Source: Octopus sinensis (lineage: Eukaryota). From it: a stretch of DNA of 33,618 nucleotides. The DNA lies in assembly GCF_006345805.1 (NCBI RefSeq), contig NW_021831718.1:1-33618 (forward strand), read 5' to 3'. The notes beneath the pieces are model-generated. The model ran no database searches. It was given only the letters and a program-made list of their open reading frames with translations, and was not told where the DNA came from. Every line of letters begins with the position of its first letter. Position 1 is the first letter of the stretch. A program made the position numbers and the translations under genes. Shown here one piece after another: positions 32,030 to 33,618 of the stretch.

Positions 32030-32546
32030 TTAACAATTTTTTAATTTAATTAGTTCTGAGTCCGTAGATTTATGGGTAGGAATATGCTGTAGATTTTCAA
32101 AAGAATAACAGGAGACATCCACTAAACTTTTAAAAGATAGTGGTTCATATATTGCTAAAGTAGAAAGTATTTTCCTATCTAAAAAAATATTTGACTAAAA
32201 ATATTAGTTCATAATTTCACCTGTGAAAGTCCTTCCAAAACATCAGAATGAGATAGACCAAATTCCGAACAGGCTCCAATGAGTCGAGTTTCAAACAACT
32301 TATAAATGAAAATATGCATTTTACCATTTTACTATTATTGGCCTTTTCCTTTCTAAGACGAGTAGAATTGACTAAAGCTTGTCTAGAAGTCATAATTTGT
32401 AATTTATGAATGTATCTATTTCTCTCATAGTATCGCTAATTTATTATTTAAGACATTTTTATTACCCATGTTTGCCTTTTGAGTTGTTCTCTCTTAAAAA
32501 ATTTTGTTGCATGTTTGACGCTTTTAGTGACACATGAAAAAGGCAT
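32030..32546 (-). CDS. MRPL20: mitochondrial ribosomal protein bL20m
   Basis: Three introns of 26-31 nt removed; TRLIGACSEFGL...LEGLSQSNIFLDRKILSTLAIYEPLSFKSL matches the L20 C-terminal signature. Confidence 0.85.
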
Positions 32547-32820
32547 ACAACAGCAGTTAATATTAAAATTTTATCTTCTACGTTTAATATAAAATAATTT
32601 ATTATAATTGAATAGTTTCATAAAATGAAAAATAATCGAATAGGTTATATCTTTTAATTTAAGAGTAGAAGTGCCTGGGATGTATTTTGCGAATTTTTAT
32701 TAAATCCGAATCTTAATCGTCTATTCCTAAACTTGAGAATAAAAATTATTAACGAAATTTACATAAAGTCTCTACTATTCTAGTCTTCAAGCTAAACTGC
32801 TTGGTAGTATCTATACTATT

Positions 32821-32966
32821 TGGGATTAACTCCAGAAAAAGTGTAATCAAGCACAAACTAAATAGGACTAGCAGAAAACTAAAAGAATTAACAGAAAATT
32901 AAGTGGGATTAATACGAAAAAATATGGGATTAATAGTAAACTAAATGGGATTAACACCAAAAAAAT
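32821..32966. repeat. degenerate 21-bp tandem repeat, about 7 units
   Basis: TGGGATTAA core at 32821, 32904, 32925 and 32946, with degenerate units in register between 32842 and 32903. Confidence 0.6.
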
Positions 32967-33099
32967 TATTGTCAAAAATTTAATTTTATCCATATTTTGT
33001 GTGTCAGGGATATTATTAAAAATTAAATAAATTTCTAAACTTGTTAATAAGTTTGTCTTGTGAATTTGAATTCCGAATTGTCCGAAAAGAATTAAAGAT

Positions 33100-33618
33100 T
33101 TTTAAACCCGTACGTTTAATCCAGATTGGACTCATGAATATTTCTTTATTGAGGATAATAGAAACCCTATATGCTTAATATGCTTCTAAAAAGTTGCTGT
33201 GCAAAAACTTTATAACATCAAGCGACATTGTAAAAAATTTAACAAGTTTTCAGGGGAATCTCGCTTAAAGGAAATTAAGAACCTCGAACAAAATCAAACA
33301 ACATTTTTTAAATAATTTGAGATGTAAAAAAGATGATATCACATGTACAAATTACGAAATTTCAAAGATAATTGCGAAACGAATGAAACCATTTTCAAAT
33401 CTCCCGCATTCAAAATTAGTTAGAATTACAACAGATAGGGGTCAATCTATGGTTGGAAACAAAAAGGGAACTATTACATTACTCCAAAATGAAATGGAAA
33501 AATTTGGAATTGAGTACAATTTGGCCAAGATTCACTGTATTATTTATCAAAAGGCGTTAGTTGCCAAATCAGTCAAATTACGCGAGACAATGGATGCTGT
33601 TGTTAACGCAGTAAATTT
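33100..33618 (+). mobile_element. internally deleted hAT (SPIN/GTF2IRD2-like) transposase, runs off window end
   Basis: TFNPDWTHEYFFIE...PICLIC...YNIKRH, IIAKRMKPFS joined directly to LPHSKLVRITTDRGQSMVG, then IHCIIYQKALVAK...MDAVVNAVNF. Confidence 0.85.

Noticed and set aside
1-33618. tRNA, rRNA, snRNA or spliced-leader RNA genes, and prokaryotic operon features
   Set aside because: None recognised by eye; a covariance-model scan would be needed to exclude small RNAs.

Overview
This is AT-rich eukaryotic DNA, almost certainly from an animal, with compact genes split by ultra-short GT-AG introns (mostly 20-30 nt by hand count) and separated by piles of transposon debris. The supplied ORF track therefore shows only exon fragments. 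Manual splicing recovers CCDC169-like (partial), VRK1, torsin, FTSJ1/TRM7, SUCO (mid-SUN), a SMYD-family protein, NAA25/MDM20, an SLC5A sodium:solute symporter and MRPL20, plus two apparent pseudogene fragments (TYW5 JmjC and a receptor L-domain). Mobile DNA includes two TIR/TA-bounded pogo/Tigger elements, a 5'-truncated RTE LINE with a 10-bp TSD, four 3' fragments of a CRE-like (RLE) non-LTR element, and hAT, Tc1-like and integrase-like relics. Three observations stand out. (i) A 1.83-kb Tigger sits inside what was a 26-nt micro-intron of FTSJ1. (ii) FTSJ1/TRM7 is followed within about 40 nt by a TYW5 remnant; both act on the tRNA-Phe anticodon loop, and a possible splice would fuse them in frame. 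(iii) The SMYD protein keeps all its zinc ligands but has lost the NHS motif and the catalytic Tyr. All family calls are from remembered motifs, not database searches. Several single-base frameshifts fall in homopolymers and may be assembly errors.
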